From NCBI GenBank assembly GCA_001244265.2, contig CDLV01000012.1, forward strand, positions 496,001-560,000: DNA of 64,000 nucleotides. Direction: 5' to 3'. Every line of letters begins with the position of its first letter. Position 1 is the first letter of the stretch. Below, piece by piece: positions 40,400 through 51,789 of this stretch. Under the pieces are notes generated by a model. It was given only the letters and a program-made list of their open reading frames with translations. It was not told where the DNA came from and ran no database searches. This DNA is from Microbotryum violaceum (lineage: Eukaryota). A program made the translations under genes and the position numbers.

Positions 40400-43387
40400 T
40401 CATCGAAAATTGAGCTTGACCAAAAAGCTGCAAGTGGTATCGAGCCTGATCAGAGGGATGCTTCTTAAAAGGGTGGCAAGCCGAAAGAACCTACAGGAGC
40501 ATATCCATCAGGACGTGGACACTGGTCCAAAAGCACGCAACGACCAGTTCGGGCTATCAATGAAGAACATATGTGTGTGAGCGACGGAATGTCTAACGAT
40601 TGATCCTCGCATGTGTGCTTCAACTGACCAGCTCTCGAAAAGCATCCAAGCCAAGCTGTTTCCGATCCGACGGATTTGTACGTCAGCCAGCGAACAGAGC
40701 GCACACATGCTCGTCTCCTACTCACGTTTGTCACATCCAAACCGTAGATGATCCAGATGACTTGGCGAGCAACGAAGCTCGCTGCAGACAAGGAAGCATG
40801 CAGATCTGTTAATCCCCAGGGGTGTTCCGAGTTGACACTGCAAACACGTACAGCCAAGTTCGGTCGCCCAGATAATCAGTGATGCGGTCGCGGTGAGTTC
40901 ATAGGTATACGAGTCGTCCGTGGACTCGAAGGAGAAGTAGGGGTAAATTTGCTTGTTCGGGCCGAAGTGCAGGATGGTGAGCTAAAAAGTGGCAAGGATT
41001 CGCTGCGTTTAGCTCAAGGCTCGACGAATTGCGACTGAAACGCAGGTGAACACTTACCCAGCCAAGGAAAGCTACCACTAAGAGCGGAACAAGGTTGTTA
41101 GTCAGCTAAGAGGGCGAAGTAGGGTCATGAGGATTCACTTACTGGTGACGTTCTCGGACAGATTGCGCAGGTACAGCACTGCTCGACGAGTGACACCACT
41201 TGTTAACATGAGTGTTGTCTACAGCAAGGGTAAGAATCAAAGTCGTCAACTCACTCGTCCCCACATCCTCGGCATATTCTTCGTATTCTTGCGTCAAACC
41301 CGTGACGAATTTGAGCAGCGAGTGAAAAGGTCGGCACATCGACAGGGGGTACCACAGGATGACGAAGGAGGACGAGAGAAGTTGTATGTAGACGGCTTGA
41401 TTTGGCGACCGGAGACGAGCGAACAGACTACGATAGAAGACCCCGTAGACGAGGTAGTAGTAGTAGCGGAAGACGAAGACGAGGGCGCGAGATCGCACTT
41501 TGCGTTGCAGGATGAAGTTGCTCGTTGCATTGAGAATCTGCACGGTCACGATCCAGGTCCAGACTGTCGAGGGCATTCAACCTCAGCATCAGCCTCGATC
41601 CTGTATCAAGTTTGAATCCACGCTCACCGTATACGAGACCGTCGATGTTGCTATGAGGTAGCGTCGAGAGGTATATTGTCGCAAAACCTTGACCGATGAT
41701 CAGCGCGAAAAGCGAGATCGTCAGCGTCGTCAGGAACCACAGGAATCGCCTGTACGACCTCGGCATCCTGGGGATGAGCTGCCGTTCCAAGAATGTCTTT
41801 TGGGCGACCGTCAGACTCCTCCGCCAAGTCTGTCTTCGGTCCGCACGAAGCTTGATGAAACATGCCAGTGCCGGCAAGGTCATGCAGAAGAAAGCAAGCG
41901 CGACCCAAGTCGTCTTGCGCTCCCAGTCCCACGAGTCTCGATCAGACGGCGGCCGATCGGAACCTTGACGAGAGCGCCGACCCAGGCCATCGAGATTCCA
42001 GTGATGGAGGAGAAAGCCAATGAGGAGCGACAGGCTCCAAAAGAAGAGGTAGGAGAACGATCCACCAAGGGAGGACGGCCACCAATTCAATCGATCTAGG
42101 GTGAGACCGCGAGAAGTCAGAGAGATCGGAGGGGCGTTCGGAGCTATAGGGGCGAGGTGCCCTACAAAGGTCAAACAGTTTGGTCACAAATATCAACGCA
42201 ACGGCGAGATAGATCCCATAGTCTGAAAATCTCGAAAGCTATGCATAAGCGATCGAATTCCATCTGAGGTGGAATGGAAGGGCGCACTCACAAACGAAGA
42301 GAAAAAAGTAGAAATTGGCGTCGACGGGGAGCTCTTCGGTGGGATCACCTCCTGGCGGTTCTACCGGAATCGTCGGCGAGTCTCTATCACTCAAAGATGG
42401 GTTCTTCCATCCGGCGCTGCGTCCCTCAACCCTAACTCCTTCTTCTGTCGCCACTTGTTTGTGAATACCAGCCTGCTCGACAAAGTGCAATAGCACCGAG
42501 GCTCTCTCCTCTCTCCGAGCCTCAATCATCCCGCCCACACCCACGCTTTGCCCAGCTGACCTCCCCATCCATCTGCCGAACGTCCAAACAAACCGCTTGT
42601 GAATGGTCGCAGAACCGTTCGATGTCGGAGGCTGTTCCGGCCAGGGCAGATTCCACGGCGGCGTCTCCTTGTACGGGTCGCTCACAGGGAACGGCATCGC
42701 GCACCAGATCCAGACAATCAGACTCGGAAACAGCACGAGCACGGCCCATCGTTTGTACCAGTACTCGAGCCATGCCTCGACCCTACGTTGACTAGGCCGC
42801 AGCAAGAGCCAGGACGTCTCGTCGTGCTCCGGTGTTGAGGAATCAAAGAGACGGCCTCGCGAGGGAGACGTTCCGAACAGTGATAGCACCTTGGCACCGG
42901 GTCGCGGACGGCCCAGGAAACTTGGATCACTTATTTCGGACGATGGTAGATCGGGCCGTCTGGCGGAGTTCCGGGCCGTTGTGGTCGATGTAGAAGGCAA
43001 AAGCGGGTCTGATTCGAGCGCCGAGCTTGAATGTGGAGCCCGGGAAGTCGATGCAAATCTTTTCGGTGGGATAGAGCTGGGTGGAGGCGGGGGTGAGGCA
43101 AAACGAGCCGGTGGCCGAGGAGCAAGAGCAGCAATTAGTCGACCTTTACGCGTCGAGTGGTCCGGTTCTGCGCGAATCGAGTTGGGCAGCTTGGAACGTT
43201 GCGCTATCGGCGACAGCGATGGTGGGGGTGAGCGCGCGCGAGAGAGGGGCGATCCACTCGTCGAAGTCGAGGCCAAAGGACCGCTCGGGAATCCATGAGA
43301 CGTCGTCGGAGAGGGCAAGACGTGGGCATGAAAGCGTCCTGGGACATAGGAGGGCGTATCTGACGGGGATGGACCGAGGCTGAACAT
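40400..43387 (-). CDS. Multi-pass membrane protein of unknown function, multi-exon
   Basis: Disordered N-terminus then many TM helices (WYKRWAVLVLFPSLIVWIW; YRLNWWPSSLGG; YRRFLWFLTTL; YYYLVYGVFYRSLFARLRSP); last exon FLVKLNFR* ends at 40400. Confidence 0.75.
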
Positions 43388-46300
43388 CAGTCACCGGTGA
43401 CGGACAGGGCTCGAGCTGCGGACCGAGCGGCGCGCATCGACGCGATCCATTCGTCCACCAAAGGCAAAGTCTAGATTGTTGTAACTCACCGTCCCACTGT
43501 TCGACCGCATCAGCTCCTTGCCGGAACGAAGTGAACATCGTGGTATGTGCACCTTAGCCTCAACTTGCAGGCTCCGCCGAGCTGCTCGTGGCGAAGGGGC
43601 GACGGCGATCAGGGAGCGAAGGTCGAACGCGACTGTGCAAAAGACTCACCCGGAAGAGGTGATCGCCTCGATGAGCTTCAGTGGCACGTGCCTTCGGCGC
43701 GCACCTTGTCCGAGGTCGCTCGCACGAAAGAAAGTGGTGTCAGCAACACCGCGAGGTGGTTGACCAAACTCGGTGGATTTTGCGGTCCGCTCAGCAAGCC
43801 CATTTCTTTACATCACATTCAGACCTTTCACAATTTACTGGCTGTTATAACCGTGACTACGTTATCGTCCGGGTGCAAAGGCCTATGGGTGTGGAGGGGT
43901 CTGGTTGTGTATTGACACATTCGATTTGAGCAAATAGCATACTGTCGCGAGCCAAGGACGCGTAAACTAGAATGATGGAGTGGTGAGAAGTACGAAAAGA
44001 GGATTTGGAAGCGACACGAAAGAGCCTCCGCAGCGCGCCAACGTCCCGGACAAGCGACCTCTCGCGACCAAGACATGACACGGCACGAGACCACAAGACA
44101 AGAACCAATGGCCGAAACAAGGTCAACACGGGAGAAGGGGGGTGGGAAGGCCTGGTAGGACGGGAGCGAGACGCAGTCCTGCCAAAGGGGTATTCTCTAG
44201 ATCGAGCGACTACGGGAAAAACGGGACGACTGATCGGAGCGAGTAGGTCTAGTAAGCCACATTTAGGCGGCAGGCTGAGTAGGCTTCCTGATGACCATCA
44301 GGCGCTCTGTTGTCCGCAAACACAAAGATGGGTGGACAGATAACAGTATCAGAGTGTGGTCCGAGGTGCACTAAGCACCTGACAAGATGCCACGAGAGGC
44401 CACGGGGTGACTCACCGTGCTTGGCAAAGTAGTCAGTCTTGTATTCTCCGCTAGGTGTGGTGGAGTTCTTGACCGTCAGTTGCGCCTCGACGTGGACGAG
44501 AGCGCTACATTCAAGAGGGGTAGTAGGTGAAGTCGTGGGTCAGTCTGAGGAACGGCTTTAGTCAGCAGGCGACGCGCAAAAGACTGACCCCTTCTCGAGC
44601 GTTTCGAGTCGGTCAACGCCGGGGCCGTAGGCAAAAATGGTGTGCCACGACGTAGTAGGTTCGGGAGGAGCGGCTGTGGGGGATGCATGTCGGTGAGGGG
44701 TGGGGGGCGAGACAGCAGTCGTCAGCGACAGACATTTTGCACACGAGACGCGTCGAGGGTTCCCATAGTCCTCGAAGGAGGCGGAAGACGCGTGGCTGCA
44801 GCAGACGAGCGCGGGACTAACCTCCTTCCTGGGCGGGCAACATGGCGTCTCTGGTGGCAACCTTGTACATCAAAAAGTCCTTGCCGTTCTTGGTTTGCCT
44901 CCTCTCGGGGGCAGCGCCGAGGCGACCGATGAGGGTGACTCGAGCCAGGTCGCGCGCCGAGACAGCGGATTGCGAGAAGGCCTACCACGGGGGCCACACC
45001 AGGGAGTGGTCAGCGCTACTCTGTTCTCTGTTCTACAATCACTGTCAACGCGAAGAGAAGATGCGTGAAGCCCGCGCACGCGGTGCTGGGTCTACGTCGC
45101 ATTTGACATGTGGGACCTCCCACCCTGGAAGGGGCGCCCTGCGTCGTCTGCATGGTGGACTAGACGGGCAACACCGGCCAGGCTGGGGCCCAGGGATGCT
45201 GACGAGACGAGTCAAGGCAGGTCGACTCACACGAGTGGCAGAGGGACGAAGGGCTCCAATCATCTTGGTGAGGTTTGGTGTTGTGGAAGGTGGTGGCGGT
45301 GATGGAAGTGGTGGTAGGTGGTGGTGGGCAGGAAAGTGGGAGGAAGCAGAAGAGCTAGGCGAGCGGCTTTCCCACCACCGCGCCGCCACCGCGCGCGCGT
45401 TCGATGTTGACGTGTTTCACATTTGGCCTCGGTGCGCGCGCACGGACCCCCGCGTTCAAAGGGAGTCGGAGTCGGGACGCCGCTTCGAATCGCATGTCGA
45501 CAGTCATAGGCAGAGTCCCTCGCCTTTTGTCGACGGACGGCGGAATACATGCGGATCTAACTCCAAAATTATATCTGAGCCTTTGCTCAATAATCCCGAT
45601 ATGTGGCATCATTTTACTTCACTATGTTGAAACTAGGCTCCCCAAAGCCACTTCGGGCACCCTGTTCGGAGTCCGTATTATCATGTGTGAAGGGCTGTCA
45701 TCTCATCAAAGCTGGTACATATTCGTAGGGAGTGAAGTGCAGGCAATACTATCATGACTCGTTTCGCCTCACACTGTATCGAGAACAACGATCTTAGGAA
45801 GCTACACCCCGAGTCAGAGTTCTGCCAGTGAGAAAGGTACTTACGTCAGAAAGCCAGCCTGGCATTAAGCACTGCTGATGCCAATTCGAGCCACGGTTGG
45901 TCGATGGTCGATGATCCCGTGGAGCAATCAAAGATCTCAAGTCAAGACCGATGCCAACAGGGTAGTTACGTGTGGCTCCTTGGCAATCATCGATCCGGTC
46001 CTGCCGACTCCCGAGTCATCAGCTGGACGCGGGCCGGAGGTCGAGGAGTTGGGCAGGCTCGCCAGAACTACAAAGGTTCAGGATCAGGATCGCTGCCGGC
46101 AGTTCAGGGGAGGGCGGAGGCAAGCATTACTTCAATTAATGATGATGACAACCAATCAGCGTTAAGATCGAGTTCAGCCGCTTTTTACAACGACTGTGTG
46201 CACGTTGACTCCGAGGTTGTGCGCAGTGAAAGAGCCTCTATGCGCCAGCTTTGGAACTCGTCCGCTCCGCGCTGGGGTTGCAGAGGGAGGCCGCAAGGCT

Positions 46301-47720
46301 CCGCAAGGTCGGGCACGTCCTCCCGCGTCCCGTGATCCGTTCCGTCGTCCGCTCTTCCGCTCCTTCCTCATCCTTCGCAACCAACAAGGCCTAGGCCTTT
46401 CATCTCCTACCTCACCGGAAGAAAATCGCACCTCACTTGACCTTGCCATGTCTACCTCCTTCGTGACTCGCGAACTCCTGCACACCAGACTGTCGTCGTT
46501 CCCGGCAGCAGCAACAACTTGTGCCGCTTCACCCCGGAATCTACGCGCCGCGGTTCGCCGAGTAGGCATGACCTCGAGCCGCCCGTTCGTCATGCAAGCC
46601 TCCACGTCAGTAAGGGCTTGCCCGCTACCCCACACTATGCGATTGGCGACTGTGGCTGTCTTGTCTCTCTCTGCCGTAAGTCTTGTATTCCCAGCTCTGA
46701 CGGCAGGGGTAGACGGACGCGCCGAAGGCGTCGGGACTCGGGAGGCGGCGCGGCGGCGCGGCCCTGAGCTGGCATGCTCAAAGCTCGTGACCCGTTGCCG
46801 AGATGGCGAACGCCGAGAAACGCGTTCAGCTCGAGCTGACACATCCACCCTTCGACCCTTGAAAATCTCATAGGCATTATTACTATCGAACCCGGACAGT
46901 TTCGATCATACCGCTGGTCCAAGGTCCGGACTCCAATACTACCCAGCTCACCACCACACCCAAGCCGCGTCGAGCCATCGTTGCCTCGCCGTCGCAAGTC
47001 CCGTCGACGTAGCGCCAGGGAGGAGATCCGCCCACTCGGCGACTACATCGCTCCCCAAGGCGACGTCACCCAAGCGCCCTTCGTCGTTGTTGTCGTCGAG
47101 TCGATACGGGAGCAACAAGGAATTAATGTTGGCCGAAAGTTTAGGCAAGACGCTCGCTTCGTCGTATAAGTCATCCTAAGCGTCGCTCGAAAGGATCGAA
47201 TAGGAGGCCAGACGCCAGACAAGGCTGGGCGCTCAGACCATTCACTTCATGCAAGCCCGCTCGGAAGCGCTCTCGTACCGGCTCGCGTCGTATATCATTC
47301 ATGTTCACTCATTAAAATTGCGCAGCCTTTGTAGTCACGATTAAGTTCACGGAGTTCCACCTTCAGTGCCTGTAATAATATGTTCTGTCAGTTCCACAAA
47401 CTTTAGGAGCCCAGACGCCATTGGGAGTCCCAAGACATGTGCAGCCGGACTCGATGCCCGTGTATCACTTCGCAAAGTGAAATTGGACAAAGAACACTGG
47501 GCACATTCAAAACACGGATTCCGATATGCTCCCGAGTGCTCAACCGAGAGATGAGACCAAAAATGACAGGGGTCCTCTTCCGCCTCCTTCCCACTAGAAG
47601 CGCCTCACGATCCGAAGCCAACTGATACGGTTGGTAAAAAAAAGGCTTCAACTCCTCGCGGGGGGGAGGCGAACGACTGAAACCAGTACCAAACTAACAA
47701 ACAAAAATTAGGTTTGTTAA

Positions 47721-47811
47721 TTCTCGTGGCGAGACTTGAACTCGCGACCTTCAAGTCACTTTGGTTTAAAAAGTGCATAAGCATGACGCTCTGCCACTAA
47801 GCTACACGAGA
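47721..47811 (-). tRNA. tRNA-Ile (anticodon UAU) with ~19-nt intron
   Basis: Minus strand TCTCGTG TA GCTT AGTGGC AGAGC G TCATG CT TAT G [CACTTTTTAAACCAAAGTG] A CTTGA AGGTC GCGAG TTCAAGT CTCGC CACGAGA A: 7-bp acceptor stem, A box, B box GTTCAA, downstream T-run (47703-47707). Confidence 0.9.
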
Positions 47812-47840
47812 GGCGCAGAATTTTTCTTGCAAAGCTACAT

Positions 47841-47850
47841 TAATATAAAG
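47841..47850 (-). promoter_or_regulatory. TATA-like element about -30 to -39 of the tRNA gene (putative TFIIIB site)
   Basis: CTTTATATTA on the minus strand in an AT-rich 5' flank. Confidence 0.45.
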
Positions 47851-47872
47851 TCCAAAACACTATTTTTTGAGC

Positions 47873-48175
47873 TGTCTTCGTCTCGACCGAGTGGGAAGTG
47901 GCTGTGGGGTGGGCCTTCTGTCGTTAGTACATTTCTTTTCTTTCTTTTTCTCTTCGTCTCTCTTTCTCTCTCTCATTAGTCTCCTGGGGGGAGCAACCGC
48001 TTGGCTAGGGCATTTGAATCCGAATCTCGGATTGGTGGACTTGGCTCGTTTCTCGCACTTTTGCGGGCGGTTTGTGTTATCATCGTAGTCTTCCATCTAG
48101 TTTTTCCGTAGGCCAAAACAGGGGGAACAGGAACTGGGGCAATATGATGAACGTTTTCTACAAAAAAAAAAAAAA
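47873..48175 (+). mobile_element. Unit 1: 5'-truncated LINE copy (3' UTR end plus A14)
   Basis: Nearly identical to 48764-49066; ends ...aatatgatgaacgttttctac(A)14. Confidence 0.92.
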
Positions 48176-49066
48176 TGTTCAACGCATGTTCGGACTTCCG
48201 AAGCTCAAGGCCAGTCTACGCGATCAAGAAGGAGCGGGGAGGACGATCGAAATATTCACCGGGCTGGTCTTGGAGATGATCAGCAGCGGGAGGTGGGGGA
48301 TGCAGAAGTGGGGGACGAGGATGGAGGGTGTTGGGAGGAGGAGGATCATCTTGGAGGAGAGGTTGAAGCTGAGGGCGGGAGGAGCTTGGGGGAGGAGAGG
48401 GCAGTAGAGGCTGGGTTCGACTTTCCCCCCACCACCACTACACACACACACACACCAAATTCTCGTGACATCATTTTCTCCTACTGTACACTAAATAGAT
48501 CGCTTTCATCTTTCATTTGTTACAGGTTCATCGTTGCGGATCATGGACCATCTCGCGATTTGGCGTCGACTCGGTGTGGCTCGCGCTCTTCGGCTTCGGG
48601 GTTCTGAGTCAAGGGAGGGATCAGCGGACACAGGCAGAAAGTCGGCTTTGAGGGGCCAGGGACTGCCGATGGGGGAGGTTTTGAGGGACCTTCACCGCGT
48701 CTTGTTGTGACTGAGCAGAGACTTGGAGCGTCGAGGGTCGTGGTGGTTGCGCAGTCGTGCTCTTGTCTTCGTCTCGACCGAGTGGGAAGTGGCTGTGGGG
48801 TGGGCCTTCTGTCGTTAGTACATTTCTTTTCTTTCTTTTTCTCTTCATCTCTCTTTCTCTCTCTCATTAGTCTCCGGGGGGGAGCAACCGCTTGGCTAGG
48901 GCATTTGAATCCGAATCTCGGATTGGTGGACTTGGCTCGTTTCTCGCACTTTTGCGGGCGGTTTGTGTTATCATCGTAGTCTTCCATCTAGTTTTTCCGT
49001 AGGCCAAAACAGGGGGAACAGGAACTGGGGGCAATATGATGAACGTTTTCTACAAAAAAAAAAAAA
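48176..49066 (+). mobile_element. Unit 2: 5'-truncated LINE copy (end of ORF2, 3' UTR, A13)
   Basis: Encodes [28 protein letters not shown]...RRGQ*, homologous to the ORF2 C-terminus at about 55570-55799; the 3' UTR is homologous to 55800-56437. Confidence 0.92.
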
Positions 49067-49378
49067 GAGGTTCTCCGTATCCCCAGTAGTGACTTTCTGT
49101 ATACTCTCCCCCTTCTTTCTCTAGGCGCTCTTACCTGGTTTTCGAGTATCTTTGCTCCCGCTCTTGGGACGTGAAGCGGCAGCAGTACTCACCGCCCGTT
49201 GGAGTCCGCGTTAGGTGCTCGGCGGGTTTTGATCTGCGCAGCGCTCTTTGCGCGCAGGGGTTTGACTTTCACCCAACTGCTTGCCGTCGTTGCTTTATAA
49301 CCTCCTTTAGCTCTTTTTGTAGCGGTCCCAGCCAACCCGAAGGATTGCAATTTATGAGCCCCAGTCAAAAAAAAAAAA
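49067..49378 (+). mobile_element. Unit 3: short poly(A)-ended segment, probable 3' end of a different retroelement family (alternatively part of the 5' UTR of unit 4)
   Basis: Starts right after unit 2's poly(A), has GC hairpins, ends in A12 (49367-49378); no obvious similarity to the other units' 3' ends. Confidence 0.5.
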
Positions 49379-49380
49379 TG

Positions 49381-49484
49381 ACTTCACTTCACTTCACTTC
49401 ACTTCACTTCACCTCACCTCACTTCACTTCACTTCACTTCACTTCACTTCACTTCACTTCACTTCACTTCACTTCACTCCACTT
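49381..49484 (+). repeat. (ACTTC)n pentamer array, about 20 units, at the 5' end of the full-length LINE
   Basis: Read directly; a few ACCTC/ACTCC variants. Confidence 0.95.
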
Positions 49485-49535
49485 GGCCCTACCGCAGTCT
49501 TCGATACTCGAGTTAACAAGTGATACATCGACAAG

Positions 49536-51789
49536 ATGTCTACAGGAGACCCTGGGTCCCCACCGCCGGCACCGCCACCACCGGTGTCCGCCACCAGCGT
49601 CCAGCCACCCGCGACCAGATCCCGATAAGCTCGAAGAAGACGCAAGCCACGGGCCCCGCCACCGCCGCACCCAACTATGCCGCCGCTGCGAGTCAGGCGA
49701 CTCAGTCACCTGAACAACAGCAACAACAACAACAGCGTGCCAAGGCTCTGGGCAGCCTCCTACAAGCCATGGGTGCTGTACCCGGAAACCGCATGGATCG
49801 TTGGGTCCAGGCCATCTACTTCGCCGAACTCTACCCCGTCGCCACCGCCACATCGCTAAAACTATCGGCCTTGAACGCGAACCGGTCTGTCGAGAACATC
49901 TTTGATTACGCCCTTGAAGTGACTCTGTCTCACCAGAGCGCCTCGCGAGCGTCTCATGCCGACAAGACCGATCTCGTGGCCTGCGTCACGAGGCTGTTAT
50001 CGCCGATCTCTCCTATCTGCTTTGAGCCTGGAGTTCCTCTGCCGGACCACCTTGCAGCCTATCGACCACAGATCCTAGGCGTACAACATTCATCAATCCT
50101 GCGTAATGGGGCGGCTCACCATCGCGTTACGGTTGGGTTCGTCACCGGCGAGGCACGTGACGCTGCGCTTACGACGCCCCCTGCTCTCACTTGGCGATCG
50201 GCGAAGGCCCGCTTCGCGAAATCTCACAGGTTCCACCATAACATGGTCGAGCTTCGAATCAACGTCGGTGTTCAAGGAGTGCCTTCCATGTATGCCATCA
50301 TCAAATCGTTCCAATTACTAGTGCAGGACTTGTCAGGCAAGGGACATTCGTGCCAACTTGTGCAGGTTCTGCGCATTATCAGCGTGGACAACGCCTCGGC
50401 CTTTGCCCACGTTGCCGGAGACTACTCAGCTTTCCTACACTTCGATGACGACTCCCTGTTCAAACGCCCTAACACGACCTTGAAAGAGATCCTACCTTCG
50501 AGAATCGGCCTTCCCACTCGAGGCATCCCCGTCACCGCCCTTCGCCATGACTATGAGAAGGAGGCGGCTTGCGGTAGGTGCCACTTCGTTGGTCACGTGG
50601 GAACCTGCGGACTGGATCAGGAGAGCAAGCGAAAGGAGGCTCACAACGGCAACGGCAACGGCAACCCCAACGCCAACAAGAACACCATCACCAACGACAC
50701 CAACATTGTGGAGGCCGAGGCCCCCATTCCTGTGCCAGTTGTTAGCAGGATCGCATCACAGAATCGCTTCGCCGGGCTCGAGGTTGAGGAGGGACAGGAG
50801 GAAGCGGTAACTGGCCAGAGCGGACAGGGGCCAGAGGAATCGGGGGAGGAGGACGCTGGTGATAAGGCGGATGACGAGGACTCGGAGGACTCGGAGATGG
50901 AATCAGAGGCGACCACGAAAACGGAGGTCATCAAACTTAAGAGCGAGGACGAGTCGGTTTTAGAGGACTGCGGAGGATCCGATGGAGAGGTGATTGATGA
51001 GGATGAGGTGATGGCGGATGGAAGGGGCGAAACAGAAGGCAAGGTGGCGACGGAGATGGAGGAAAGGGAGGTGGCGACGGAGGTGGACGATGTGGACGAG
51101 GCAGGGGAGCGACGAAAGCGGAGAACGCGGAAGCGACGGACTTAGGGGAGACGAACAGGCTGGACAATGACGACGACAGCGACGCAACAGCAACCGTCGC
51201 CACCGCTTCCCGCGAATCGACACCCCACGAAACAACCCCACCTTTGTCACCCGAAACTCTTGCCAAGTCGCTTCGCGAGGGGGAGGAATGGGACAGGATC
51301 AGAGCTAACTGGGTTGAGCAGGCACGACTCGAGCGGGACCAAAGCATCGAGAGGAGGCTCGACGCTGAAACCCCTTTGGTGCGTCACAACTTTGCCACGT
51401 GGGATGAGGACGGTGAGATACGTTCCATGAATATCAGGGGGACCGCTTCGAAGTTCAAAAAGCCGGTAATGAAGAGGTCGCAGACTGCGGCGGACCTCAG
51501 TGACCCGAGTGACGAACCGACCGACGCCAAGCGAGTGATCATCAAAGGGAAGAGCCGCGTCGTTGTCAAGGATGGAACAGAGGGGCGGAGGGTGACGAGG
51601 TCGATGTCAGCGGCGGCGGCGATGCCGGTTGGCGTGACGAAAGTGGACCGAGGGAAAGCAAAGGGGGTAGCCGAGGAGAAAAGATGGTCCGACCACGAGC
51701 CCGAGGACGATGTCCTGCCCGCCCTCCCCTCTTTGAGGACGTCACCACCGCCAAGAGCGCTTCGACCTCAACTACCCATTAATGATTAA
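49536..51789 (+). CDS. LINE ORF1 (gag-like, single zinc knuckle, acidic linker), two 1-nt frameshifts
   Basis: ATG 49536 [11 protein letters not shown]; frameshifts near 49608 and 51105 join it to ORFs 49520-51145 and 51244-51789; CX2CX4HX3C knuckle near 50570-50610. Confidence 0.75.

Noticed and set aside
48541-48987. Antisense ORF in the LINE 3' UTR (148 aa), with a 167-aa counterpart at 55889-56392
   Set aside because: The two translations match only in blocks and switch frame relative to each other, so conservation looks nucleotide/structure-level rather than coding.
49036-49042. snoRNA C-box-like ATGATGA near the LINE 3' ends
   Set aside because: No downstream D box or terminal stem; it lies about 11 nt before the poly(A).
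49381-49484. CRISPR or telomeric interpretation of the (ACTTC)n tract
   Set aside because: No spacers, eukaryotic context, and not a TTAGGG-type repeat.
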